A stretch of 64,000 bases of DNA from Candidatus Poribacteria bacterium. GTDB lineage: Bacteria; Poribacteria; WGA-4E; WGA-3G. Positions 20,641-30,304 of this stretch are shown here, in pieces. The translations under genes and the position numbers were made by a program. Every line of letters starts with the position of its first letter. The stretch's first letter is position 1. The stretch covers positions 3,456,001 through 3,520,000 of the forward strand of contig OZ251518.1 in the NCBI GenBank assembly GCA_965242965.1, given 5' to 3'. The notes beneath the pieces were generated by a model. It searched no databases. It was not told the origin of the DNA and worked only from the letters and a program-made list of their open reading frames with translations.

Positions 20641-23160
20641 ATGCTTACCGAATACCTTGAAAACAACGAAAATATACAAGAACGCAACATCGAAAACGAA
20701 CTCAAAACATCGTATCTCACCTACGCGATGAGTGTCAACACCAATCGCGCGATACCCGATGTCCGCGACGGACTCAAACCCAGCACCCGGCGCATTATCT
20801 ACGCGATGGGACAAATCAATCTGACGGCTGAGCGGCCCTATGACAAGTGTGCAGCTGTCGTCGGCGAGGTGATGAAAAACTTCCACCCGCATGGAGACGG
20901 ACCGATTTACGGCACCCTTGTCGGCATGGCGCAGGATTTCAGCACCCGCTACCCGCTCATTGACGGACAGGGAAACTTCGGCAGTATTGACGATGATCCG
21001 CCCGGGGCCATGCGCTACACCGAATGCCGACTTGCGAAAATCGCGGGCGAAATGCTGACTGACATCCAAAAGCAGGTGGTTGACTTCCAGCCGAACTACA
21101 AAGATTCATTAGAGGAACCTACCGTCCTCCCCGGCTTGCTGCCCAATCTGCTTCTCAACGGCACGACTGGGATAGGAGTCGGCTACCTGACGCGCATCCC
21201 GCCGCACAACCTCGGCGAAATTGTCGATGCCCTGTTGTGCAAACTGGATAACCCCGATGCCGATGCCGAAACCCTAATGCAACACATCGCCGGACCCGAT
21301 TTCCCAACGGCTGGCAGTATCGTCGGCAGAAGCGGCATTAAAGCGATGTATACCACCGGCAGAGGAAGCGTCACCATCCGCGCCAAAGCCATCATCGAGC
21401 GCGTGACAACCGGTGCCCGCAAAGCACCCAGAGAGCAAATCGTCATCACCGAGATTCCGTATCAGGTGAAGAAAAACCAGCTCCTCGAACGCATGTATCA
21501 CCTCGTCGTCAACAAGACTATTACCGGCATTTCAGATATCCGCGACGAATCCGATAGCGACATCCGCATCGTCATTCCATTAAAACGCGGCGAAATTGCG
21601 CAGGTGATTCTCAACCAGCTCTATAAGCATACGCAGATGCAGACGAACTTCAGCGCGAGCCTGCTCTGTCTCGTTGACGGACTTCCTAAAGTGTTGACGC
21701 TGGACGAGATACTGCGACACTATTTGGCACATCGACGCGATGTCATCCGTCGGCGCACGCAGTTTGATTTGACGCGCGCGGAACGCCGGGCGCATATCTT
21801 AGACGGATATCTCACCGCCTTGCAAAACCTCGAGGAGATTATTGAGCTCGTCCAGAGTGCCGCATCCCCCGATGAAGCACTCGCGCAACTGCAGGAGACT
21901 TACGCCTTGAGTGAGGCACAGGCGCGCGAAATCCTAACGCTAACGCTCCGTCAACTCACGGGGTTAGAACGGCAGCGCATCCGTGACGAACACACGGATA
22001 AGTTGGAGGAGATTGCGGAACTGCGCGCTATTCTGGGCAGCGAGGCGTTAATCACGGACATCATCCGAACGGAACTGGGCGAACTGAAGGATACCTACGG
22101 GGATGAACGCCGCACCGAAATTACGGATGCAGTTAAGGCGTTTGACATCGAAGATCTGATTGCAGATGAAGAGATGGTTGTCACCCTCTCGCATGCCGGC
22201 TATCTGAAACGGTTGCCGGTGGATACTTACCGGAAGCAACGGCGTGGCGGTGTCGGCGTGAAGGGCGGCACGACGAAAGATGGCGATTTTTTGGAGCATC
22301 TCTTCATCGCATCGGCACACCAATATATCCTCTTTTTTACGGATAAAGGGAAGTGTTATTGGCTCAAGGTGTTTGAGATTCCGGAGGGCAGCCGAACGGC
22401 GGCAGGCAGAGCCGTTGTCAATCTGCTACGCCTCGCGCAGGACGAAAACATTACGGCTTTTGTGCCTGTCCGTGAATTTAACGAAGACAGGTTTGTCTTG
22501 ATGGCGACGGCGAACGGCATCGTGAAAAAGACGAACTTAGCGCAGTTTCGGAACCCGCTTGCAAGCGGCATTATTGCTGTTAATCTTGATGAGGGGGACA
22601 GGCTCATCGGCGCGCAACTCACGGATGGAGAGGCTGATGTTATTTTGGTGACGCAGAACTGCATCGCCATCCGGTTCAGTGAAAAACAGGTGAGAGCCAC
22701 GGGCCGAACCGCCCGTGGCGTGCGCGGCATCCGGCTGAGAGACGCTGACGCTGTCGTCTCGATGACTGTCACCGCACCCTTCGTGGAGGCAGCCGCCGAT
22801 TCTGCCGATGAAGGAGAAGAGACGCTCCTCATCGTCGCGCAAAACGGCTACGGCAAACGGACGTATCTTTCTGAATACCGGCCGCAAGGACGCGGCGGCA
22901 AAGGCGTGATTGCTATCAAACAGTCCGAACGCAACGGTGCGGTTGTCGCTGCCAAGCGCGTCTCGGATACCGATGCATTAGTTGTGATTAGTTCCAGCGG
23001 CTATGTGACTCGCATGGCGGTGACAGACATTCGCCCTATCGGGAGAGCGACGATAGGTGTCCGCGTCATGACACTCCACGCCGATGAAACTGTTGTCGAT
23101 ATCGGAACAATTGAATTGGAGGAAAAAAACCGTGACATATTCCTGGAATCCGAAGAGTAG
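20641..23160 (+). CDS. gyrA: DNA gyrase subunit A
   Basis: RAIPDVRDGLKP, HPHGD, AMRYTE catalytic Tyr, GyrA-box QRRGGVG, pinwheel repeats. RBS AGGAGG. Confidence 0.97.
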   Translation: MLTEYLENNENIQERNIENELKTSYLTYAMSVNTNRAIPDVRDGLKPSTRRIIYAMGQINLTAERPYDKCAAVVGEVMKNFHPHGDGPIYGTLVGMAQDFSTRYPLIDGQGNFGSIDDDPPGAMRYTECRLAKIAGEMLTDIQKQVVDFQPNYKDSLEEPTVLPGLLPNLLLNGTTGIGVGYLTRIPPHNLGEIVDALLCKLDNPDADAETLMQHIAGPDFPTAGSIVGRSGIKAMYTTGRGSVTIRAKAIIERVTTGARKAPREQIVITEIPYQVKKNQLLERMYHLVVNKTITGISDIRDESDSDIRIVIPLKRGEIAQVILNQLYKHTQMQTNFSASLLCLVDGLPKVLTLDEILRHYLAHRRDVIRRRTQFDLTRAERRAHILDGYLTALQNLEEIIELVQSAASPDEALAQLQETYALSEAQAREILTLTLRQLTGLERQRIRDEHTDKLEEIAELRAILGSEALITDIIRTELGELKDTYGDERRTEITDAVKAFDIEDLIADEEMVVTLSHAGYLKRLPVDTYRKQRRGGVGVKGGTTKDGDFLEHLFIASAHQYILFFTDKGKCYWLKVFEIPEGSRTAAGRAVVNLLRLAQDENITAFVPVREFNEDRFVLMATANGIVKKTNLAQFRNPLASGIIAVNLDEGDRLIGAQLTDGEADVILVTQNCIAIRFSEKQVRATGRTARGVRGIRLRDADAVVSMTVTAPFVEAAADSADEGEETLLIVAQNGYGKRTYLSEYRPQGRGGKGVIAIKQSERNGAVVAAKRVSDTDALVVISSSGYVTRMAVTDIRPIGRATIGVRVMTLHADETVVDIGTIELEEKNRDIFLESEE

Positions 23161-23179
23161 AAGAGGCCGCCTCGTCTCG

Positions 23180-24925
23180 ATGCGGCGGAGAAATCGCTGC
23201 GTCTCAGTGCTCATGATGCTGCTTTTCATCACCGTAACCGTGGGCAGTGCGCTCGGCGCGCCGAGTTTGTGCGAAAACACTGGTACGTCAATGGACGTTC
23301 ATGCACCACCGGTCCTTGTGGCGGAGACGAACGCGGGGGACAGGCCCCCGCGCTACGGTGCTGGAGACGCAACGGAGACGAACGCGGGGGACAGGCCCCC
23401 GCGCTACGGTGCTGGAGACGCAACGGAGGCGAACGCGGGGGATAGGCCCCCGCGCTACGGTGATGGAGACGAAATCAAACGGGCAGCGAACTACAAAGAC
23501 TTTATGTGGGCAGTCTACCATGCGCGGCGCGAACAGAACATCGCTGCTGTCAAGGCTGTCTATGACGCGCTCATTACCGATGGGATGCAGTCAAGTGTGC
23601 TTTATACGGAACGCGCGTTGCTCCGGTTCAACAAACTGCAAGATCTCCGCGGCGCAGAGGCGGATTGTCGTCAGGCACTTACGCTGAATCCTAAAAACGT
23701 GCAGGCTACTTGGGTTCTCGCGCAAGTGTTGCTCCGCCGCGAATTCGCAGGCACCCGAACGCCGAATGCCTCGCTGCTGCAGTCAGAAATGTTCACGCTC
23801 CTGAAACGGGTAGTTCACTTGGACCCGGACCACGGTGACGGACATCAGTTCCTCGGTTATATTGCGAGTGAGTTCGGCCAGACGGCACTTGCTATCACGT
23901 CTTTTAAGGCACTGACGCGGATTGAACCGTATCAGCCGCAATTCCATGAACAACTCGCGGAATTGTATGAACAGGAAGGAAAAACGCGCCTTGCCATCGG
24001 TTCTTATGAACGTGTCGCGACGATACAGCCGACGAACGTTGCTATCCGGAATCGTTTAGGCGGGCTCTATCTGCGAGAGGAGGACTATGCCAATGCTTTG
24101 ACTACGTTTCAAGCGGTGTTGGAGAGGGTTGAGAGTGGGGCTGGCGCGCAGGCACCGGTTCGCCGCGAGTGGAACGGCATCTTGCTTGATACACACTACG
24201 GCATCGGGAGAACGTATCAGGCGGTAGATGATTTTGAGAAGGCAGAATTTCACCTCACGAAGGCACTCGCGTTAACGGTTGAAAGAACGAAGCGGACGCG
24301 AAACCAGAGCGAACGGAAAGAACTCCAGGCACGGCTGACAGAGGTGCGTTACACCCTCGGCTTGGTTTACCTGCGATTCCAACACGCGCAAAAAGCGGTG
24401 GAAGTTTTTGAGGAGCTGCTGTCCGTTGAGGCGAATCATGTCGGCGCGCTGTTCAGTAGCGGCAGCGCGCATCAAACACTCGGCAACTTCCAGCAGGCAG
24501 AACGCCTTCTCCGGAGAGCCATCGTCCTTGAGCCGAATCACGCTAATGCTGCAAATGCGTTGGGTTATCTCTATGCCGAACAGGGTGTCCATTTAGAGGA
24601 GGCGGCTGCACTCGTCCAGCACGCGCTGAAGTTTGCGCCTACTTCTGGTGCGTATCTGGACAGTCTCGGCTACATCTATTTCAAACAGGGGAAGTTGGAT
24701 GAGGCGTTGGAACTGTTGGAGCAGGCATCGGAGCAACTGCCGGATACGCCGGAAATCCTGTTGCACTTGGGCGCGGCGTATGGAGAGAAAGGGTGGATGG
24801 AAAAAGCGGTGCAAACGCTGGAGCGCGCGGTGCAGTTGACACCCGAAGATTCGGATATCGGCACGGAAGTCAGAGAGAAGTTAGAAACGTTGCTGAGCAG
24901 GATTTCCAAGAGAAGACAAGATTAG
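23180..24925 (+). CDS. Exported tetratricopeptide-repeat protein
   Basis: Signal peptide, multiple TPRs, NALGYLYAE and YLDSLGY motifs. Contains a three-fold in-frame REP. Confidence 0.85.
   Translation: MRRRNRCVSVLMMLLFITVTVGSALGAPSLCENTGTSMDVHAPPVLVAETNAGDRPPRYGAGDATETNAGDRPPRYGAGDATEANAGDRPPRYGDGDEIKRAANYKDFMWAVYHARREQNIAAVKAVYDALITDGMQSSVLYTERALLRFNKLQDLRGAEADCRQALTLNPKNVQATWVLAQVLLRREFAGTRTPNASLLQSEMFTLLKRVVHLDPDHGDGHQFLGYIASEFGQTALAITSFKALTRIEPYQPQFHEQLAELYEQEGKTRLAIGSYERVATIQPTNVAIRNRLGGLYLREEDYANALTTFQAVLERVESGAGAQAPVRREWNGILLDTHYGIGRTYQAVDDFEKAEFHLTKALALTVERTKRTRNQSERKELQARLTEVRYTLGLVYLRFQHAQKAVEVFEELLSVEANHVGALFSSGSAHQTLGNFQQAERLLRRAIVLEPNHANAANALGYLYAEQGVHLEEAAALVQHALKFAPTSGAYLDSLGYIYFKQGKLDEALELLEQASEQLPDTPEILLHLGAAYGEKGWMEKAVQTLERAVQLTPEDSDIGTEVREKLETLLSRISKRRQD
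23322..23472 (+). repeat. Three tandem 48-bp REP units inside the TPR gene
   Basis: E(T/A)NAGDRPPRYG occurs three times, the REP read in antisense. Confidence 0.9.
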
Positions 24926-25053
24926 CACCCTAAAGTTTGGTGGATGCCCCGAAGGTTAAATCTTGTAAATCTTGCTCCGTGGCATGCCACGACGTTCTCG
25001 GTTAATCGGAAATCTAATCCTGTGAAATCTTTTAAATCTTGTAAATCTTGCTC
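24899..25053. repeat. Family C repeat, degenerate left arm
   Basis: AAATCTTGT units. Core GACGTTCTCGGTTAATCGGAAA is the reverse complement of the core at ~20530. Confidence 0.7.
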
Positions 25054-25066
25054 CTTTTTGTTCATT

Positions 25067-26749
25067 ATGACGGTACTGATGCAGCTGATACAGCCGAGTC
25101 TGGCGTTCCGTTGCGGCACGCCGGTGTTCAAAGCGGGCTTGCAAAACGCGCCTATCGGTATCGAAGAGCACGCGCCGACTGCCCCGGTGCATCCGGCTGC
25201 ACCCGCGCTCCCTATCGGCACGGAACGCACGTTCTTCGCGCCTGATTTTCGTAGCATGCAGCAGTATACCGTTCCGGCTGTCTTACGGGGTGTGGGACAG
25301 TTCTGTTATGTCTATGTTGAAGAGACGGAATGGGAACGCCGCGTGACACGGCGGACTGTGGATGCTATCCTCCGGGCGTTTGAGGAGACAACGCCGGCGG
25401 GTCCGCGCGGCATTTATGCTACTGTCACTGAACTTTTCGGCGCGCCACCGGATGTGGATGCAAATGGACGTGTCATCTTACTGCTGCTCAATATTCGCGA
25501 TACGGCTGAGGGCACCGGCAGCTACACGGCGGGCTTTTTTAATCCGGCAGACCAGGGACGCGGCGTTCTTCGCAATCCGGGCTTCGGGGGCCTCGCGATA
25601 CGTAGCAATGTGGCGGATATGCTCTATATTGATACGTTCCCGCTCAACATCAACGGCGAGGCGGCACACAATGTCATCGCGCACGAACTCCAACACTTAA
25701 TCCATTGGCGGCAGGATAGCCGGGAGGCGATTTGGGTAGATGAGGGATGCGCTGACTATGCGGCGTTCGTTTGCGGCTATCTGTCACGGGAACACATCGC
25801 AGCTTTTGAAAAGAACCCTTCTATCTCGCTCATCAACTGGCCCGGCGCGCCAGGAACGGCGATGCCGCATTACGGTGCCGCCTTCCTCTGGATGCTCTAC
25901 TTGCACGAACGCTATGGCGGGATGGAGACGCTGCGGCGCATTGTCAAGCATCGTGGCACCTCGATGGATGGCATCGCGGCGGTGCTCGCAGAATTGGGAC
26001 ATACGGTGACGGTGGCGGAGATGTTCTCGGACTGGAAGGTGGCTAACTACGTGTCGGAGTATCGGCACGTGAACTTGGCGTTATCTCCAACTCGCGTGCA
26101 TCGTCTCCGGGCATCTGACAGTGGGGGCGGCGAAGGTTTCCCTATTGCAGTGCTTGGGCAAACCTTGCCGGATTTCGCGGCGGCCTATCTGGTGTTTGAA
26201 TGGGTAGGAGATGGACCGCTGACGCTGGGGTTTTCGGGGGAAACGCCGGGGGGCGACTGGGGCTTGCACGTGATTGAATATGTGGACGATGTCACTTATA
26301 CGGTTGCGGCGGTGCCAGTGATGCAGCGCGCGCGCGCAGGCACGGGTTCTATTGCGGTATCGGAGGGGGTGAGGAGAGCGGTCATGATTCCGAGTTTGCA
26401 TTCTGAAACTCGGCGCATCTCCCCGCGCACGGCAATGTATGAATACAGTGCGACCCGCGGGGCGAACATCACGTTTGTCGCGGCTGTGATACCCAACCCG
26501 GTCCTCCCGCAGTATTGGGACATCGTCGCGATGCCGAGTGAGCGGCTTGTCGGCCTGATGCCGACGGTGACGTTGATGCAGGGCGCGCGGCTCTATCGGG
26601 AGACGCAGCCGATGAAGGCTCTCCAAGATGGAGAGAAGTATCGGTATACGTTTCACCTTGAACCAGAAATATCTCCCGACGCGCTCACCTGGGAACTGTT
26701 TTTGGACGGACGGCGTGTTGGAAAAGGGAGCGTGACAGACGAAGACTGA
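25067..26749 (+). CDS. Putative secreted zinc metallopeptidase (M30-like)
   Basis: AHELQHLIH (HExxH), WVDEGCA, AGFF, YGAAFLW. Start uncertain. Confidence 0.7.
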   Translation: MTVLMQLIQPSLAFRCGTPVFKAGLQNAPIGIEEHAPTAPVHPAAPALPIGTERTFFAPDFRSMQQYTVPAVLRGVGQFCYVYVEETEWERRVTRRTVDAILRAFEETTPAGPRGIYATVTELFGAPPDVDANGRVILLLLNIRDTAEGTGSYTAGFFNPADQGRGVLRNPGFGGLAIRSNVADMLYIDTFPLNINGEAAHNVIAHELQHLIHWRQDSREAIWVDEGCADYAAFVCGYLSREHIAAFEKNPSISLINWPGAPGTAMPHYGAAFLWMLYLHERYGGMETLRRIVKHRGTSMDGIAAVLAELGHTVTVAEMFSDWKVANYVSEYRHVNLALSPTRVHRLRASDSGGGEGFPIAVLGQTLPDFAAAYLVFEWVGDGPLTLGFSGETPGGDWGLHVIEYVDDVTYTVAAVPVMQRARAGTGSIAVSEGVRRAVMIPSLHSETRRISPRTAMYEYSATRGANITFVAAVIPNPVLPQYWDIVAMPSERLVGLMPTVTLMQGARLYRETQPMKALQDGEKYRYTFHLEPEISPDALTWELFLDGRRVGKGSVTDED

Positions 26750-26754
26750 GTGGC

Positions 26755-26940
26755 TTCGCGCAAGGTTCTCGTAAAAGGCTCTCGTAATGAGTGTATTGCG
26801 AACAAGGTATTTAGCCCCTTTTGGGGATAATACCTAACAAAAATCCATCAAGAGATAAGCATGCAACAACGGCGCATGCGGGTCAACGGCGAGAGACGTT
26901 CGTGCACCAACCAACTTTATCGAACGCCTCGCGAACAACC
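26755..26940. repeat. Family D copy
   Basis: GCATGCAACAACGGCGCATGCGGGTC...GACGTTCGTGCACCAACC...TCGAACGCCTCGCGAACAAC. Confidence 0.75.
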
Positions 26941-26955
26941 GGAGGAGAAAATCAA

Positions 26956-27915
26956 ATGAAACTTTATGCAGGAACAATTGGACAAAGCGTCTGGCGTAGC
27001 ACGGATAGCGGGGATACGTGGCAGCGCGCCAGTAACGGCATTTTTCCCGAAGCAGATGTCCGCGCCATCGCTGTCAATCCAAACAACGCCGATGTCGTTT
27101 ACGCCGGCACAGATAAGGGCGTTTTCCGTTCTGACAACGGCGGCGACGCTTGGAAGGCACTGCCGAGTGAAATGGACGAACTGGAAGTCTGGGCACTCGC
27201 CATTGATACAACCGCACCGGAAACGCTTTACGCCGGCACCTGTCCATCCGCCTTTTTCAAGTCCACTGACAGTGGCGAATCGTGGCGGAAACTGAACGCT
27301 GACTTGGCGCAGGAATGTGAAGGCGTGCCTATCATTCCACGCGTCACGACGTTCATCATTGACGCGGCGGATAACCAGACGCTCTACGCCGGGATTGAGA
27401 TTGATGGCATGCGCCTCAGCACCGATGGCGGCGAAACGTGGACAGAACGGAGTGAAGGACTCAGCAGTCTGGATATTCATGGACTCTGCGTGGTGCCCGG
27501 CACCCCGAAAACCATCGTCGCCGCGACGAACAACGATGTGTGCATCACGACAGATATGGGCCAGCAGTGGACACCGCTTAAGGTGAAGGAACACTATCCG
27601 TGGCCCTACTGCCGCGCGGCATTTTTCTTGAACGGCGATGCAGGCCGCGTCTTTATCGGTGCGGGGAATGGCCCGCCGGGTGATGAAGGCGGTATCTTCT
27701 CGACGCGCGATAATGGCGAAAGTTGGGAACGCGCCGATATCGGCGGCGTGGCGAACAGCACCATCTGGACGTTCGCGCACAACCCGAACGTGAACGAATT
27801 CCTCATCGCTTGCAGTGTGAGCGGGCAACTTTACCGAAGCACCGATGCCGGCAATTCTTGGACGAAACTCGCTCATGAATTCGGCGAAGTGCGAGCATTG
27901 GCCGTCGCCGGTTAA
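26956..27915 (+). CDS. BNR/Asp-box beta-propeller protein (YCF48/VPS10-like)
   Basis: Seven SxDxGxxW-like Asp-boxes. RBS GGAGG. Confidence 0.85.
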   Translation: MKLYAGTIGQSVWRSTDSGDTWQRASNGIFPEADVRAIAVNPNNADVVYAGTDKGVFRSDNGGDAWKALPSEMDELEVWALAIDTTAPETLYAGTCPSAFFKSTDSGESWRKLNADLAQECEGVPIIPRVTTFIIDAADNQTLYAGIEIDGMRLSTDGGETWTERSEGLSSLDIHGLCVVPGTPKTIVAATNNDVCITTDMGQQWTPLKVKEHYPWPYCRAAFFLNGDAGRVFIGAGNGPPGDEGGIFSTRDNGESWERADIGGVANSTIWTFAHNPNVNEFLIACSVSGQLYRSTDAGNSWTKLAHEFGEVRALAVAG

Positions 27916-28097
27916 AAAACTTGACTTTTTGTGTCGTTTGTGCTATGCTATTCTGGACAGCGCACAAAACCGAAAAGGAATGTTCATGCACCAACCGGGC
28001 TTATCGAAAAGCCACGTCTAGACTGAACTGCCTGCGTTGTTCGCAAAAGCAGGCTCCCTTTTCAGAATTACGAAAAAATAGGAGGCACATTTTTCTT

Positions 28098-28865
28098 ATG
28101 CGTTTTTGGAGTTTTTTCATACTACCGCTTCTCCTCGTCGCACACATCGGATGTGGCGGCGGGGGCGAAATCGATATTGACACACCACCGGATATTGGCG
28201 GAGCGAAGCGCATCGCGCTTGCACCGTTCTTCGCCGAAACCGAGGAAGTCAATCAACTCGGCCGCCGAATCAGCGTGAACTTAGCGGACCGGCTGAAGCT
28301 CACCTTCAAAGAGGCAGAGTGGATCTACGACATCTCAAAGAAAGTCCAGCCAGTGCGAGATAAACTGACTGAGCTCGGACTGACGTTGGACCAGGTCTAC
28401 GCAGACCCGGCACTTGCAGCCAAACTCGGCCAGGCGTTGAACGCCGATATGCTCATCATCGGCAAGGTGGAGAAGCCGAAGTTGGGACAGCGGGATTACA
28501 ACCAGCTCCTGATGAAACAGGGCCGGCAAGGGGGTATTTCTGGAACGTCAACTTACATCCGCACCCGCTTGACGGCACTCGGCAAGACACGGGTGAAAGT
28601 CGTGGATACCGCATCCGGCGAGCTGGAGTTTAACAAGAATATCCAATCCTATCTCAAGTATTGGTATGCTTATCAGACGCAGCAAAGCGAGCAGCAAATC
28701 TTTAAATCATCGGAAGACCGGCTCGCGGATTTAGGGAAAACTCTCTCTCTCCGCATCGCTTACGTCTTGCATCCGACTGGATTCAGGTCGGAGGACGAGG
28801 AGAAGATTTTGCTGAAACCGGATATGGTGTTGAAAGGCACCGGCGGTGTCGTTGAGTTTAACTAG
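28098..28865 (+). CDS. Putative lipoprotein, CsgG/TolB-N-like fold
   Basis: Signal peptide ending HIGC, RIALAPF, AAKLGQALNADMLIIGKV, KVVDTASGE. Confidence 0.6.
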   Translation: MRFWSFFILPLLLVAHIGCGGGGEIDIDTPPDIGGAKRIALAPFFAETEEVNQLGRRISVNLADRLKLTFKEAEWIYDISKKVQPVRDKLTELGLTLDQVYADPALAAKLGQALNADMLIIGKVEKPKLGQRDYNQLLMKQGRQGGISGTSTYIRTRLTALGKTRVKVVDTASGELEFNKNIQSYLKYWYAYQTQQSEQQIFKSSEDRLADLGKTLSLRIAYVLHPTGFRSEDEEKILLKPDMVLKGTGGVVEFN

Positions 28866-28866
28866 T

Positions 28867-29285
28867 GCGGGGGGGAGTCCTGTCCCTCGCCGGGGTATCG
28901 CGCGCGGAGCGCTCGCGGGGGACAGGCCCCCGCGCTACGGTGTAAGAAACCTTTTTTTGATCATCGGGCGGGGGAAACCTATCCTTCGCCCGTTTTTCGT
29001 TCATCCCTCGTAGGGCGAGGGCCTGTCCCTCGCCAGACTCATCCGCCTCGGTTATCGTAGGGCGAGGGCCTGTCCCTCGCCATGCAGCGATCGCGGGGGA
29101 CAGGCCCCCGCGCTACGGTTTTCAAGGCCGCTCCTTTCACCGTAGGGCGAGGGCCTGTCCCTCGCCATGCTGCGCTCGCGGGTGAAACCCTCTCGGATGC
29201 GCGTATGGCATCCGAGGGCCCCCGCGCTACGTTGTAATAGACTTTTTTTCTCATCGTAGGGCGTGGGAAACCTGGCCCTCGCCAA
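28867..29285. repeat. Dense array of GTAG-REP hairpins in alternating orientation
   Basis: About 8 copies of GTAGGGCGAGGGCCTGTCCCTCGCC or CGCGGGGGACAGGCCCCCGCGCTAC. Confidence 0.85.
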
Positions 29286-29299
29286 CTTCCTCACAAAAC

Positions 29300-29818
29300 T
29301 TACCTCGCGCTTTTTGCACGCTTCCCTGCAAAAAACGTCTCGATTTGTTCAATATACGCCGCGCCGTGTTTCATCAACCCGCGCGAGAGACGATACATCT
29401 CAGGCGGCGGCAGCTCCTCATAAGGATTGGCGAGTGTCTGATAACAGTTCATCGCGGCTTGGAAAAACGCCTGCGTCTCCGCCTCAATCGCACCGTGTCT
29501 CTCCATGATGATGAAGCTGTGATGCTTGTGCGCCGGCGGTGTCTCATCGCGGAAAGAGAAACCGATAACGGCGTTGTTGATGTCCACGATGCGCTGCAGA
29601 CTCATCAGCACGCAACTCTTCACGTAAGCGTGCGTCAGCGAATCGGCGGCGACGTATGCCGACTCTGTCTCCGGCAATCCGCTCTGGAGTTGTGCTAAGC
29701 ACTCTTGAACATAGTCCAGTTTGACCCGGACCGGGTTGACTTGGCGCGTTTTTGCAGCCGTTTTTTTCTTCCGGGTCTGCTTCGCACGGCCGGGGAGGGA
29801 GGTTGTCTCTTTTGGCAT
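29300..29818 (-). CDS. DUF86/HepT-like HEPN-fold protein, apparently degenerate, with a basic N-terminal tail
   Basis: KLDYVQECLAQL...LQRIVDINNAVI...PP...F..M..HGAI pattern. The R-x4-H-x-Y motif reads YQTLANPY. Confidence 0.55.
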   Translation of the reverse strand: MPKETTSLPGRAKQTRKKKTAAKTRQVNPVRVKLDYVQECLAQLQSGLPETESAYVAADSLTHAYVKSCVLMSLQRIVDINNAVIGFSFRDETPPAHKHHSFIIMERHGAIEAETQAFFQAAMNCYQTLANPYEELPPPEMYRLSRGLMKHGAAYIEQIETFFAGKRAKSAR

Positions 29819-29911
29819 GGTGTGCTCCTTTTTGATGAAATGATTTCTGGCATTTGTTTATTAGACGTTTGTGAATGCGAGAAGGTTTAAGGGAGCAATT
29901 GTCTGATTTTA

Positions 29912-30292
29912 GAGGGTGTTTCATAACTTCACCGTAGGGCGAGGGCCTGTCCCTCGCCATCGCTCGCGCAATCGAACGTTCGCGGGGGACAGGCCCCCGC
30001 GCTACGGGCCAGGGATGGGTTCTCCTCAAGGTCCGTAGGACCTTAATGTCTATAGCATACGTGGCTCGCCAATTCCTCAAGGTCCTTTAGGTCCTTAATG
30101 TTTTCTGCTGCTTATTAAGGACCTAAAGGCCCTTAGCGTTTTTTTCGTCGGCGGGTTTCTATAGACATGCAGGACCTAAAGGCCCTGAAGAGATTTTTTC
30201 GCGGATCGAACGTTCGCGGGGGACAGGCCCCCGCGCTACGATGAAAAAAACGTGCCGTTTACCGTAGGGCGAGGGCCTGTCCCTCGCCATGC
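29912..30292. mobile_element. Family E left end with REP and family-B cargo
   Basis: GAGGGTGTTTCATAAC at 29912, REPs, and an AAGGACCTA fold-back at 30029-30188. No right TIR seen. Confidence 0.65.
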
Positions 30293-30304
30293 CAATCATC
30301 TGAA

